64,000 nt of DNA from Candidatus Poribacteria bacterium. GTDB lineage: Bacteria > Poribacteria > WGA-4E > PCPOR2b. Position numbers and translations under genes: made by a program. Positions within the stretch are counted from its first letter, which is position 1; every line of letters begins with the position of its first letter. Location: NCBI GenBank assembly GCA_965116925.1, contig OZ220744.1, positions 256,001 through 320,000 on the forward strand, read 5' to 3'. The notes under the pieces are model-generated. The model had not been told where the DNA came from. It ran no database searches and saw only the letters and a list, made by a program, of their open reading frames with translations. Below, one piece after another: positions 1 to 10,263 of this stretch.

Positions 1-399
1 GTCTGTGGCTCTGTTATCTCTCCTGGAAGCAAAGGCAATGTGTTTGCCATCAGGAGACCAGGAGGGAAAATTGTCTTCTGCGGGATTTTTGGTGAGTTTT
101 CGCGAATGCCCTCCATCTGCGTCCATCACGTAGATGTCTGTTATCACCCAATCCTCATCCTTACTGGAAGCAAAGACAATGTGTTTGCCATCGGGAGACC
201 AGGAGGGAAACCATTCATGCTCCGGACTATTTGTGAGTCTTTGGGGATTATTCCCATCTGCGTCCATTACGTAGATTTCCCTGCTGTGTCCATCCCTATC
301 AGACACAAAGGCAATCTTTGCCTGTGCGTCAACGCCTACCATTAGCATCGTCAAACCTACAGCAAAAACGAAATATGCGAGACTATATTTCCGTTGCAT
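1..399 (-). CDS. TolB-like (PD40 repeat) beta-propeller protein, type B, 5' part only (runs off the window)
   Basis: ATG at 399 with GGAGG RBS; translates MQRKYSLAYFVF..AKIAFVSDRDGHSREIYVMDADG..PSWSPDGK; paralog of 1537..2511. Confidence 0.85.
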   Translation of the reverse strand, partial: MQRKYSLAYFVFAVGLTMLMVGVDAQAKIAFVSDRDGHSREIYVMDADGNNPQRLTNSPEHEWFPSWSPDGKHIVFASSKDEDWVITDIYVMDADGGHSRKLTKNPAEDNFPSWSPDGKHIAFASRRDNRATD

Positions 400-419
400 C
401 TGCCCTGCCTCCTTTTCTC

Positions 420-1415
420 TCACTTGTTGGCGTCTATGACTTGGCTTTTGATTGCGCCCCAAGATGTCGACAGCTTCCCCGCAGTTTCCACCGCGAGCGG
501 AGTATCGTGCCAGAAAACAAATATGCTTTGACCATCGTCAGTCAAACGCTGAACTTCTTGGGTGTCAACATTCATCACCACCACATCCACTTCTGCCATA
601 CCATTGTGATCACCCAAACCGCTCGTACCGACAATATGCGTGTTGTCCGGTAACCATTGCGCCCTCCCACCTAGATTCGCCTCATCGTTAAGAGGAACCA
701 GTTTTCTGGCTGGCGCATCACCGAGAAACAGGTCCCAATGTCCCCATTCCTCTATTGACCCGTAGACAATTGTCCGTTTTCCATTTGGGGACCAACGAAT
801 TGAATGGGCAAAGAATCGGTGATTCATCTCTTTTGCCTTCGCGTTGGGATCTGCGTCAACCCAATGCAGTTTTGCACCCCGTTTACTAACCGTAAAGCCG
901 ATGCGTCTACTGTCCGGAAACCAAAAGGGCCCGTACATGTCTTCTTCTATATCTGCAGCAATTTGAAAGGAGTTAAGTCCTTGAGCATCCGTTACATACA
1001 CTTGAATGGCGGGACGCAAATCCGGATCGAAGGCTTCATAAACAATCCATTTCCCATCTGGTGACCATTCCCCATCCATATTGGCCGGACGCGGTGGATC
1101 TGCAAGGAGTTTCCGCAAGCCGGTGCCGTCCAAATTTATCACCATGAGTTCACCTTTAAGCCAAGGTGGCAGTGTGAACAGAATTTGCTTTCCATCTGGG
1201 GAAAGTTTAGGATCGTCCATCGGAACGGGCGATTCAAGGACCAGCTCCTTGTTTGCCCCATTGATATCCATCCGCCAAAGATTTCGTTCCCATTTTCCGG
1301 TCGGCATATAGTAAATCTTCAATTTTGCCTGCGCCATGTGGCTAACAACAAACATCAATAAGCAAAGCCAGCCGACACAGAAGGATTTGCAATACGTCCC
1401 GATTTTACGTTTCAT
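420..1415 (-). CDS. TolB-like beta-propeller protein, type A, signal peptide
   Basis: SPDGK/WSPDG repeats; C-terminal LAVETAGKLSTSWGAIK. Confidence 0.85.
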   Translation of the reverse strand: MKRKIGTYCKSFCVGWLCLLMFVVSHMAQAKLKIYYMPTGKWERNLWRMDINGANKELVLESPVPMDDPKLSPDGKQILFTLPPWLKGELMVINLDGTGLRKLLADPPRPANMDGEWSPDGKWIVYEAFDPDLRPAIQVYVTDAQGLNSFQIAADIEEDMYGPFWFPDSRRIGFTVSKRGAKLHWVDADPNAKAKEMNHRFFAHSIRWSPNGKRTIVYGSIEEWGHWDLFLGDAPARKLVPLNDEANLGGRAQWLPDNTHIVGTSGLGDHNGMAEVDVVVMNVDTQEVQRLTDDGQSIFVFWHDTPLAVETAGKLSTSWGAIKSQVIDANK

Positions 1416-1536
1416 ACCTATTTTCCTTGTTAATAAGGGAATTTAGTTCTCCCGCAGACCGAAGCCTCTCGGAACGAAATCAGGATGGAGCGAGATTTCC
1501 GAATCCCAAGACCTCACGTGTCCCATTCCACGATAA

Positions 1537-2511
1537 TTATTGACCAATCCGTTTGAACCATCCCCACATTGTGGGTTTCTTGCCTGTGGGAGCAACCGCA
1601 GCGGGAGCAATCGCAAGATTAGGGTGAAACCACGTAGGAGCAGTGTCATTCCCGAACATCACGTTGGTGAGGTTTTGAAGGTTTTGACCATCGGCATCTA
1701 TCACATAGATGTCGAAACTCCTGACTCTATTAGACGCAAAGGCAATGCGTTTACTATCAGGAGACCATGAGGGCAAGAAATCCCTATCCGGATGGTTTGT
1801 GAGTCTTTGTGGATTACCCCCATCGGCGTCCATCACGTAAATTTCATGAGGTCCATCCCTAGGTCCATCCCTATCAGACGAGAAAGCAATGCGTTCACCG
1901 TCAGGAGACCATGTGGGACTCCAGTCCTCTGCTGGATGGTTGGTGAGGTTTTGAAGATTCTTTCCATCGGCGTCCATCACGTAAATTTCACTGAACTGAT
2001 CTCCTCTATAGGAACTGAAAGTGATGCGTTCCCCATCAGGAGACCATGAGGGAGAATAGTTACTTCCTGCGTTCGTGAGCTTCTGAGAATTCCTACCATT
2101 GGTATCCATCACGTAAATGTCAGTGTTTCTATCCCTTTCGGAAGAGTAGGCAATGCGTTTCCCATCCGGCGACCATGCAGGATCATCGTCAACCCCGGGA
2201 TTTTTGGTCAATTTTCGTGGGTTTCCGCCATCGGTATCCATCACGTAGATGTCTACTTTCTCCCAGTCACCATCACCGGAAGAATAGACAATGCGTTTGC
2301 CGTCAGGGGACCATGAGGGATACCATTCCTCCTCCGGACTATTCGTGAGTCTTCGAGGATTACCCCCATCGTCGTCCATCACGTAGATTTCCCAACTGTG
2401 TCCATCCCTGTCAGACACAAAGGCGATTTTTGCTTGTGTGCCAACGCCTACTATCAGCAGTGTCAGACCTAAAGATAAAACAAAATATGCGCGGTTGTAT
2501 CTCCGTTGCAT
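1537..2511 (-). CDS. TolB-like (PD40 repeat) beta-propeller protein, type B
   Basis: Repeated IYVMD.DG.N...LTN......P.WSPDG units; start moved to MQRRYNR by analogy with the paralog and RBS. Confidence 0.9.
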   Translation of the reverse strand: MQRRYNRAYFVLSLGLTLLIVGVGTQAKIAFVSDRDGHSWEIYVMDDDGGNPRRLTNSPEEEWYPSWSPDGKRIVYSSGDGDWEKVDIYVMDTDGGNPRKLTKNPGVDDDPAWSPDGKRIAYSSERDRNTDIYVMDTNGRNSQKLTNAGSNYSPSWSPDGERITFSSYRGDQFSEIYVMDADGKNLQNLTNHPAEDWSPTWSPDGERIAFSSDRDGPRDGPHEIYVMDADGGNPQRLTNHPDRDFLPSWSPDSKRIAFASNRVRSFDIYVIDADGQNLQNLTNVMFGNDTAPTWFHPNLAIAPAAVAPTGKKPTMWGWFKRIGQ

Positions 2512-2531
2512 CTGTTGGGTCTCCTTTTCTC

Positions 2532-3581
2532 TCACTTGTTGGTGTCTATGACTTGGCTTTTGATTACACCCCAAGATGTCAATATCTTTTCTGCAGCTTC
2601 CACCGCAAGGGCAGCGTCGTGCCAGAAGACAAACCTGCTTTGACCATCGTCGGTCAAACGCTGAACTTCTTGTGTGTCAACATTCATCACTGCCACATCC
2701 ATTTCCACCACATTATCGGCACGGTTCCAAACAACAGACCCATAGGCTATATGCTTGTTGTCGGGCAACCACTGCACTCTGTTCAGCTCTCCAGCATCAT
2801 CAAGGCGAATCAGATTTTTGCCTAACGCATCACCCACAAATAGCTCCTGCCTTCCCCTTGCCCGCATTGACCCGGTGACGATTGTCCGTTCTTCATCTGG
2901 AGACCAATAAATTGAGTTAGCAAAGAATTCGACATCCATCGCTTGGGGTTCCGCGTCAGGTGCAGCATCAATCCAATGAAGCTTGCCGTGCTCGAGGGGT
3001 TTAGCAATGCCAATGGCAAGCCGCTTGCTGTCAGGAAACCAATTGAAGCCACTAATAAGGGCTTCTAAATCGGGAGCAATTTGAAAGGAGCTGAGTCCCT
3101 CAGCGTCCATCACGAACAATTCAGGCTTGATGGGTTGCCGCTCTAGATCGGCAACACTATAAGCAATCCACTTACCATCTGGTGACCATTCCGGTCCGGA
3201 AATGGTATGGCGCGGCGGAACGACAAGCAGTTCCCGCAAGTCGCTGCCATCAAGATTCATCAACATCAGTTTCGATTCATGTTCTCGTCCGACTTGCTCG
3301 GCTCTCTTGGTTGTAAACAGGAGGTGATGCCCGTCTGGAGAAAGTATAGGGGGACTCAGCATCGGAATAGGTGGTTCAAGGAATAATTCCTTGTTTTCCC
3401 CATTGATATCCATTCGCCAGAGTGTGTTCTCCCAAAAGGCATCTCCAACTTGCACATAGTAAATCTTCAATGCTGCATGTCCCATTTGGCTGGCAGCAAA
3501 CATCAATAGACAAAGCCAACCGATACAGAGATATTTGCGATACGTTCCAATTTTGCATCTCATCTCTATCCTCCTTGACAT
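2532..3581 (-). CDS. TolB-like beta-propeller protein, type A
   Basis: Clear paralog of 420..1415 (identical VMNVDTQEVQRLTDDGQS); C-terminal LAVEAAEKILTSWGVIK. Confidence 0.85.
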   Translation of the reverse strand: MSRRIEMRCKIGTYRKYLCIGWLCLLMFAASQMGHAALKIYYVQVGDAFWENTLWRMDINGENKELFLEPPIPMLSPPILSPDGHHLLFTTKRAEQVGREHESKLMLMNLDGSDLRELLVVPPRHTISGPEWSPDGKWIAYSVADLERQPIKPELFVMDAEGLSSFQIAPDLEALISGFNWFPDSKRLAIGIAKPLEHGKLHWIDAAPDAEPQAMDVEFFANSIYWSPDEERTIVTGSMRARGRQELFVGDALGKNLIRLDDAGELNRVQWLPDNKHIAYGSVVWNRADNVVEMDVAVMNVDTQEVQRLTDDGQSRFVFWHDAALAVEAAEKILTSWGVIKSQVIDTNK

Positions 3582-3668
3582 GTTGCGGTAGGTGCTGAAC
3601 TAATTTTCCTTTCTTTAAGGTTTGCCCCAAATCATCACCAAACGAAATTCACTTACGCATCAACCCTG

Positions 3669-3685
3669 AGCAATTTAGATGCCAC
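3669..3685 (-). promoter_or_regulatory. sigma54 (-24/-12) promoter of the TolB-like cluster
   Basis: GTGGCATCTAAATTGCT, exact GG-N10-GC spacing. Confidence 0.7.
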
Positions 3686-3826
3686 AATTATCTCAAATCC
3701 CCTAAAGAGGTAGTACAAAAACCGAGTGTGTTGATAACCCCATTCTCCGGGCAACTTTACGTCCGTTTTTAATATGAGTTGTTATTTCAAAGGAAGGATG
3801 GTTTTCACAAAGAAGGTGTCGAAACT

Positions 3827-3857
3827 ATGCCACACCGCCGTTGCAAAAATGCTACAC
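3827..3857 (-). promoter_or_regulatory. direct-repeat upstream site GTGTRGCAT-N13-GTGTGGCAT (candidate enhancer)
   Basis: Near-identical to 37269..37299; about 140 bp upstream of a sigma54 motif. Confidence 0.55.
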
Positions 3858-3900
3858 CGGTTATGGTAAGGGACGTGCCCTCCGAATCGCGACTCTAATT

Positions 3901-5193
3901 TTAATTTCGACGATGATCCGTAAACCGCCGCGCTTTCAACTCAAAACTGGGCAGGGTGCCGTGAGACACCGGCTTCACCACCGCGCGCAGTCCCAGAGAT
4001 TCACGAACCGCCTTGGCGACAGCTTGGGCAGTCATGTCCGAATCCGTACTACTACTCTGAATCCGAATCTCCATCTCATCAAGCGCGCCCTGCCGATAGA
4101 CATCTACCGCAAACTCACCTACCTCAGCGAAACGACGGATGATGTTCTCAATGGTACTCGGATAGACATTCACACCGCGTATAATCAGCGCGTCGTCGAT
4201 GCGCCCGATGACACCGCCATCGAGCCGCCAAAAAGTCCGTCCGCACTCGCACGGTTCAGTTTCCAGCTTGACCTGATCGCCAGTGCGGTAGCGGATGACC
4301 GGCATCCCAACCCTACCGAGGTTGGTGATAACCAACTCCCCCTCTTTAGCGGGTTCGCCGGTCGCAGGATCAATAACTTCGCAGATAAACTCCCCCTCAT
4401 TCAAGTGTACACCAGCTTGCGCCTGACACTCAAATCCCCAAGCACCTACCTCCGTTGCGCCGGGGTGATCGTAACAGCGCGCGTTCCATGCTGTTTCGAT
4501 ACGATGTTTCGTCCACGGCAGGCTCGCGCCCGGCTCACCGGCGTGGATAGTCACCCGGACGTTAGCGTTGGCGATGTCAATGCCTTCTGCCTCGGCAACT
4601 TCAGCGAGATGCAAGGCATACGTGGGGGTACAGATCAGTGTCGAAATATCGTTGGAGCAAATGACTCGTACCCGCTGCAGCGAAGTCATTCCGCCACCCG
4701 GAACAGACAATGCACCAATCCGTCGTGCACCTTCGTAAGCACTCCAGAAGCCGATAAAAGGACCGAAAGAGAATGCAAAGAAGATTCGATCACTTGAGGT
4801 CACACCGGCGGCGTTATAGACCGTCTCCCAACACCGCGCCCACCAATCCCAACTTTCTTCAGTGTCCAAACACCGCAGCGGTTCACCGGTCGTGCCAGAG
4901 GTCTGATGGATACGGATATACCGTTCGCGGGGAAATGTGAGATTTGTACCGTAGGGTGGGTGAGCCTTTCCGTCAGCAGAGAGTTCTTCCTTCGTGGTAA
5001 AGGGCAGCCGCCGGTAATCTTCAAGCGTCCGTATATCCTCCGGCTGCCTCACACCCGCTTCACCCAGCTTTCGCCGATAGAATGAGTTGGTCTCTAACAC
5101 CGGAGCAAGCATCGCCTGCAGCTCCTTGAGTTGGATCTGCGTCAACGCTTCTCGTCCGAGCGTTTCAATGAAAGGATTTAAATCGCTTGCCAT
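3901..5193 (-). CDS. paaK: phenylacetate-CoA ligase family protein
   Basis: LPFTTKEEL, RIHQTSGTTG, YDHPGATE, IRYRTGD, GRIDD..IIRGVNVYP; start set at MASDLN. Confidence 0.8.
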   Translation of the reverse strand: MASDLNPFIETLGREALTQIQLKELQAMLAPVLETNSFYRRKLGEAGVRQPEDIRTLEDYRRLPFTTKEELSADGKAHPPYGTNLTFPRERYIRIHQTSGTTGEPLRCLDTEESWDWWARCWETVYNAAGVTSSDRIFFAFSFGPFIGFWSAYEGARRIGALSVPGGGMTSLQRVRVICSNDISTLICTPTYALHLAEVAEAEGIDIANANVRVTIHAGEPGASLPWTKHRIETAWNARCYDHPGATEVGAWGFECQAQAGVHLNEGEFICEVIDPATGEPAKEGELVITNLGRVGMPVIRYRTGDQVKLETEPCECGRTFWRLDGGVIGRIDDALIIRGVNVYPSTIENIIRRFAEVGEFAVDVYRQGALDEMEIRIQSSSTDSDMTAQAVAKAVRESLGLRAVVKPVSHGTLPSFELKARRFTDHRRN

Positions 5194-5231
5194 ATTCTTT
5201 AGGATATGTGGGTGTGAAGTATCAACAATCT

Positions 5232-5299
5232 GTAGGTCGAGATTCACATCTCGACACAAAAACTCAGCATCGTAGGGAACAACGATCGTTGTTCCCCAC
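5232..5299 (+). repeat. two GTAG-type REP-like hairpins
   Basis: GTAGGTCGAGAT..ATCTCGAC and GTAGGGAACAACGATCGTTGTTCCC; the second recurs at 52113..52140. Confidence 0.7.
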
Positions 5300-5356
5300 T
5301 GAGGTTTTGGATAATAACTTCCTCTATTATAACAGTCGATTCATACTCGTGGCAAG

Positions 5357-5562
5357 CTAGGGCTATTTAGTTTTCCATTTTTTGACCGTTCGGGCTGACC
5401 CAAACCCGTAGGCGAGGCATCTGGTCTCCCCACCGTTTGTAGTAGCGCAATTCATTGCGCGTTCTTACGCCAACTGTCGATAGCATCTTTTATCTTTGTA
5501 ATCTGTTAATCCGCGTCTATCCATAATTCAGACAATAATAGGGGAGAATTAAATGACCCTAG
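5357..5562. mobile_element. MITE-like element family A carrying REP hairpins
   Basis: Imperfect TIR TAGGGCTATTTA..TAAATGACCCTA; related copies at 24562..24685 (inverted) and 32294..32571. Confidence 0.6.
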
Positions 5563-5579
5563 TGGCAAGCGATACTGTA

Positions 5580-5608
5580 TTGACACGCAGATGCTTTGCT
5601 GCTACAAT
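5580..5608 (+). promoter_or_regulatory. sigma70 promoter
   Basis: TTGACA-17-TACAAT upstream of the methyltransferase. Confidence 0.7.
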
Positions 5609-5650
5609 GAATCGAGATACTTACACCGATGTTGATAAGGTGGCACCCAC

Positions 5651-6646
5651 ATGAGATCACCCCCTGAACCGAAGACCATCCAGAAGCTGGTGGATGTTTA
5701 TCCGTCCTTTGCCCTGCTAGCGGGGATGCAACTTGATCTGTTCACACCGCTCAAAGCCGGTCCCATGCGTCCTGAGCAGATTGCCAATGCTATCGGTGTA
5801 AATGTGGCTAAACTCAAACCGCTACTCTACGCACTTGTGGCCGCCGAGCTCTTAACCGTGAAAGGAGATCGTTTTGCCAACACCGACGAGGCAAACCACT
5901 TCCTGGTCCGCGGCAGTCCAGCCTACATGGGCGGAGTGCATCCGCTGTATGTAGATTTGTGGGATGCGGCACTTCACACAGCGGAATCCATCCGCACCGG
6001 ACAGCCACAAGCCAAGCACGACTACACACAGATGCCCCACGAAGCGTTAGAAACGTTCTACCAAGGCTTGCATCCGGGTGCCCTCACAACAGGACGGACA
6101 CTAGTAAACGAGTACGGACTTTCGTCCTGTCAGAGGTTGTTAGACGTTGGCGGCGGCTCCGGTGGCGTAGCCATCGCAGTGGTGAAAGCCTGCCCCCATA
6201 TCCAAGCAACGGTTGTAGATGTATCGAATGTGACGCCAATCACGCAACGTTTCGTGACAGAGGCAGGCGTATCTGACCGAGTCAAAGTCATTACGGGGAA
6301 TATGGTAGAAGCCCCACTCCACGGATCGTTTGATGCCGTTATTCTCAAGTCATTCATTCAGGTGCTTTCACCGAGTGATGCACAACGTGCCCTCAAAAAC
6401 ATCAACGCAACCATGGTGCCGGGTGGTGTAATCTATATCTTGGGGATCGGTATCCTCGATAACTCTCGCATCTCTCCACGGGGGGCTGCAATAGCCAACA
6501 CTATCTTCATCAACATCTACGACGAAGGACAGGCTTATACCGAAGATGAATATCACGATTGGATAACAGCAGCTGGATTTGTGGACTTTAAGCGAGATAC
6601 GTTGCCGGACGGGTTGGGTATCATAACAGCGCAGAAACCGATGTAA
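5651..6646 (+). CDS. SAM-dependent O-methyltransferase (Methyltransf_2 type with dimerisation domain)
   Basis: N-terminal LDLF..L wHTH region; LLDVGGGSG motif. Confidence 0.85.
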   Translation: MRSPPEPKTIQKLVDVYPSFALLAGMQLDLFTPLKAGPMRPEQIANAIGVNVAKLKPLLYALVAAELLTVKGDRFANTDEANHFLVRGSPAYMGGVHPLYVDLWDAALHTAESIRTGQPQAKHDYTQMPHEALETFYQGLHPGALTTGRTLVNEYGLSSCQRLLDVGGGSGGVAIAVVKACPHIQATVVDVSNVTPITQRFVTEAGVSDRVKVITGNMVEAPLHGSFDAVILKSFIQVLSPSDAQRALKNINATMVPGGVIYILGIGILDNSRISPRGAAIANTIFINIYDEGQAYTEDEYHDWITAAGFVDFKRDTLPDGLGIITAQKPM

Positions 6647-6765
6647 AACATGAGAGGCTCATGTTAAGAAAGCGTGCAACAGAAATCGTAGGGGCGGGGT
6701 TGCCCCGCCCCGATTTATCGGGGAACAAGTGACTAATAAACTAATAAACCAAAATGGAGAACTTT

Positions 6766-7788
6766 ATGGCACTGTTCAAAGCAGGTGTTATCGGTTGTGG
6801 TGGACGTGGACGTGGTCATGCAGAAGGCTATCAGGCATCGCCGGATGTGGAGATCGTCGCATGTGCAGATCCCTTTGAAGAGGCTCGCGGGAATTTCGCA
6901 GAACAGTTCGGAGTTGCGAGAACCTATGAAGATTACCGTGAGATGCTAGATAAGGAATCGCTCGATTTCGTCAGCGTCTGCACGTGGATTGCCCTCCACA
7001 AAGAGATGGTTATCGCAGCGGCGAATAGCGGGATCAAAGCCATCCACGCCGAGAAACCGATGGCACCGACATGGGGCGACGCCAAAGCACTCTATCAAGC
7101 GTGTGTGGATAACGACGTTATGATTAGCTTCTGCCATCAACGCCGCTTCGGTGCAAGCTTTATCAAAGCGAAGGAATTGGCGAACAACGGCACAATCGGT
7201 CAAGTCTACCGTTTTGAGGGGGCGTGCCCCAATATGATTGACTGGGGAACGCACTGGTTCGATATGTTCTTCTTTTACAACAACGACGAGCCGGCGGAAT
7301 GGGTGATGGGTCAAATTGATGTAGATGAAGAAACTCTCGTTTTTGGTGTGCCGGTAGAGACAAGTGGAGTCTCATGGATTCGCTATAAAAACGGAGTGGA
7401 AGGTCTCCTCGCGACAGGCGCAGCTTCGCTAGGCGGAGTGCAAAATCGCATCATCGGCACAGACGGCATCATTGAGGTTAGCGGGCGAGATAAGCCGCCT
7501 GTGCGCGTCCTCCGAGGCGGAGCAAGTGATTGGGAAGCACCGAACCTCGACGGTGTTGTGCCGCCCGGTGGAGATACCGTTCTCGCCGTACTCGACCTTA
7601 TCGATTGCGTCAAAACAGGGCGCGAACCAGAGCTCAGCGGACGAAAGGCGATTCAAGCGACAGAACTCATCTTTTCGACCTACGAGTCAAGCCGCCGTCG
7701 TGCGAAGATTACCCTGCCGCTTGATGTAGATGACTCTGCGCTACTGACTATGCTGGATGAGGGAACGATCAAATACACCAACCCATAA
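6766..7788 (+). CDS. Gfo/Idh/MocA family oxidoreductase
   Basis: GVIGCGGRG, AEKPMA, DWGTHWFD. Confidence 0.9.
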   Translation: MALFKAGVIGCGGRGRGHAEGYQASPDVEIVACADPFEEARGNFAEQFGVARTYEDYREMLDKESLDFVSVCTWIALHKEMVIAAANSGIKAIHAEKPMAPTWGDAKALYQACVDNDVMISFCHQRRFGASFIKAKELANNGTIGQVYRFEGACPNMIDWGTHWFDMFFFYNNDEPAEWVMGQIDVDEETLVFGVPVETSGVSWIRYKNGVEGLLATGAASLGGVQNRIIGTDGIIEVSGRDKPPVRVLRGGASDWEAPNLDGVVPPGGDTVLAVLDLIDCVKTGREPELSGRKAIQATELIFSTYESSRRRAKITLPLDVDDSALLTMLDEGTIKYTNP

Positions 7789-7807
7789 AACCAATGGTTC
7801 ATATTAA

Positions 7808-7876
7808 AAGAAAGTGCAAAATGCGAAGAGAAACCGAGTTTTTTCTTGAAAACTCGGTTTCTTTGCACTATTTCTT
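7808..7876. repeat. palindromic intergenic repeat
   Basis: AAGTGCAAA..GAAACCGAGTTTT..AAAACTCGGTTTC..TTTGCACT; related copy at 44782..44880. Confidence 0.55.
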
Positions 7877-7943
7877 AACATGAGCCAAACCAATAGTACT
7901 AGTTCACATTGGCTCATGAATGAACAAGTGAACTAATGAACCA

Positions 7944-8513
7944 ATGAACACCCAATCCCACGCCATCATTAACATCGCAGTTCTGAGTCGGAAGGCAACA
8001 CCACATCTCCACCGTTACGCCCTCATCGGTGCCGCATTGCCGGACCTGCCGATGTTTATCTTTTTTGCGGTCGAGGCGTTCATCCTCAAGCACCCACAAC
8101 GCCTAATCTGGGGGGAGCGGTATTTCCTCCCGGAGTGGCAAAACCTCTTTGATATCTTCAACTCCATCCCGCTCTTTCTTATCCTCCTTGGGATTGGTTA
8201 CTGGCGTAAATCCAATCCCCTCATCATCTGCTCTTTGAGTCTGCTTTTACACGCTGCAGGCGATTTCTTCCTCCACCAAGATGACGGGCATCGACACTTC
8301 TTCCCTTTCCTCCAATACCGTTTCCATAGCCCCGTCTCCTACTGGGATCCCAGACATCACGGCGGAATTGTATCTGCGATCGAAATATTGGTCACAATTG
8401 GGGCGTCAGTCTACCTCTTTCCCCGTCTACAATCCCGATTCATGAAGGGTGCCTTGGTTTTTATAAACCTCGTTTCAGTGCTCATGTATATCGGGTTTAT
8501 CTTCTTCAATTGA
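7944..8513 (+). CDS. membrane protein, metal-dependent hydrolase-like
   Basis: SH..GAALPD..LH...DF..H motifs; several hydrophobic segments. Confidence 0.65.
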   Translation: MNTQSHAIINIAVLSRKATPHLHRYALIGAALPDLPMFIFFAVEAFILKHPQRLIWGERYFLPEWQNLFDIFNSIPLFLILLGIGYWRKSNPLIICSLSLLLHAAGDFFLHQDDGHRHFFPFLQYRFHSPVSYWDPRHHGGIVSAIEILVTIGASVYLFPRLQSRFMKGALVFINLVSVLMYIGFIFFN

Positions 8514-8518
8514 GCGGT

Positions 8519-9430
8519 TCAATACTCCACAACCTCCGCTGCTTTCAGCAAAGCCTCCCAATCCGCTCCTTTTTTGTCCTCAAGTTGACTCCGTTTGAAA
8601 GTCAGAATCAGTGTTGTTGCAGGTTTGCCACGGAATCTGTGGGGAAGACCTGGTGGAATCGGAGGTGTCGGCGGAACCGGAATACGAAGATGGAGCTGTC
8701 TCTCCTGCGATGCGATTTTCTCCTTCAGTTCTTTTATTTCTTCTACAACCTCTTTTGCCTCTTTAAGGATTTTCTTCTTCTCTGTGATTGTTTCCCTAGG
8801 TTCTTCTACGGTTGCTCTGGCGTCTTCAAGGTTTTCCCGCGTGTGAGGCATCGCATCTGCGCCAACGTGTTCGACGACGTGCATTTCAACCAAAAAATCT
8901 GTTTCAAGGTCAACCGCGTAATCAGGATAACCAAAAACCACAAACGAGATCCTATCATCAAACGTCAATTGACCAATACGGGATCCATACTCACCGACAA
9001 GATAAGCAAGCTGTTCCTTGAGTTCATCAACTTTCTCTTTACTATATGATTCGTTTTTATCAACCATCCATGCAGCTTCTTCTGGGTGACTTTGATGTCG
9101 AACTTCTCGTTCGTGTTTTTCCCACAAGTTCGTTTTCTTCTCTGTCTTAACGATCTTCATCTCTTTTTCCGCAACAGGAAACCGTACGTCAAGCAGGAAC
9201 ATAGCACCGTAACCTTCGAGATATAGGTGTTGGCAGCCGCCTCTACGGAAAAATCCGCCTTTGACATAATCGTTCTCAAATGTCTCGTCCATTGTTTCAT
9301 CAATAATTCGACACATCACCTTGAGGTCTTCCACCATCTCGGTGTAGTTAATTTCATCTTGTGCAGATATAGTGCTAGCAACCAAGCTGATGCCAAGCAC
9401 AGCTATAGTGAGAGTCACGTAGAATTTCAT
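8519..9430 (-). CDS. exported hypothetical protein, third gene of the ECF operon
   Basis: Signal peptide, coiled-coil and Pro-rich segment; AGGAGG RBS. Confidence 0.7.
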   Translation of the reverse strand: MKFYVTLTIAVLGISLVASTISAQDEINYTEMVEDLKVMCRIIDETMDETFENDYVKGGFFRRGGCQHLYLEGYGAMFLLDVRFPVAEKEMKIVKTEKKTNLWEKHEREVRHQSHPEEAAWMVDKNESYSKEKVDELKEQLAYLVGEYGSRIGQLTFDDRISFVVFGYPDYAVDLETDFLVEMHVVEHVGADAMPHTRENLEDARATVEEPRETITEKKKILKEAKEVVEEIKELKEKIASQERQLHLRIPVPPTPPIPPGLPHRFRGKPATTLILTFKRSQLEDKKGADWEALLKAAEVVEY

Positions 9431-9508
9431 GATTGTATCCTCCTTTAATATGTGAATCTTCTGAGCCTTCGCGTTTCATGTTTTATACAATTTATAGTTT
9501 GTATAATG

Positions 9509-10216
9509 TTATTTCATATCCTCTTGTATTCCAGACACATGAGAAGCAAGGATGAACTCAAAGGCGCGTTGGGTCTCAAGAAATTCAGCTTCCGTCGCAC
9601 CGGCAAGGTGCTGAAGCTCTTGACGGATGAGCTCCAAGTCCTGTATCCGTTGTGATTGCAACCCCTGATAGATCAACGCCAGTTGTGCATCTGCCTGTTT
9701 CTGCCGTTCATCCAGATGGACTTGGAGTTGTTCGCTGAATTCATCCAACGCCCCTTGAAGTTGTTTTACTATTTCCACTTGGGTGGCGTGACGTTCTGTC
9801 TGAAGCAATCGTACCAATTCCTGCTCTGTAATCTCCGGGAGCACCTCTTGCCCAATCCTAAGCGTCAAGCCGCGGTCTTCCCACTTAAAATCAACACCAA
9901 TCCACGCCAGCGCAGAAAGACTGATGACCAAAATCAAACAAGCCGCTGCTCCCCAAGAGAGCCATCTCCATGCAGGCAATTGGGACCACCACGGCAAAGG
10001 TTTAGACTGTATTGCCCCATGCAACGCTTCTATGTCAATTGGACGATCTACCTCCGCCCACTGATCGAGGGTTCCTTGCGTCTCCTTTAGATTCGCTTGG
10101 AATTGTTCACACTCACGGCAAGTCTGTAAGTGTGCTTCCAACGTTTTTTTTCCTTCTGCGTCCAATTCCTCGTAGCTTCCAACCACAATCTGCTCTCTAA
10201 AAAACCTACAATCCAA
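9509..10216 (-). CDS. zinc-finger (HxxxCxxC) membrane-bound anti-sigma factor
   Basis: AHLQTCREC, TM helix, coiled coil; TTG start after GGGGG RBS. Confidence 0.75.
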   Translation of the reverse strand: MDCRFFREQIVVGSYEELDAEGKKTLEAHLQTCRECEQFQANLKETQGTLDQWAEVDRPIDIEALHGAIQSKPLPWWSQLPAWRWLSWGAAACLILVISLSALAWIGVDFKWEDRGLTLRIGQEVLPEITEQELVRLLQTERHATQVEIVKQLQGALDEFSEQLQVHLDERQKQADAQLALIYQGLQSQRIQDLELIRQELQHLAGATEAEFLETQRAFEFILASHVSGIQEDMK

Positions 10217-10263
10217 TGCCAACACCCCCTTTGTACGTAAATCAGCGATGAACGCTGAGAAAT

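Noticed and set aside
3841..4797. 318-aa plus-strand ORF
   Set aside because: Antisense to the well-supported paaK-like gene; no motifs
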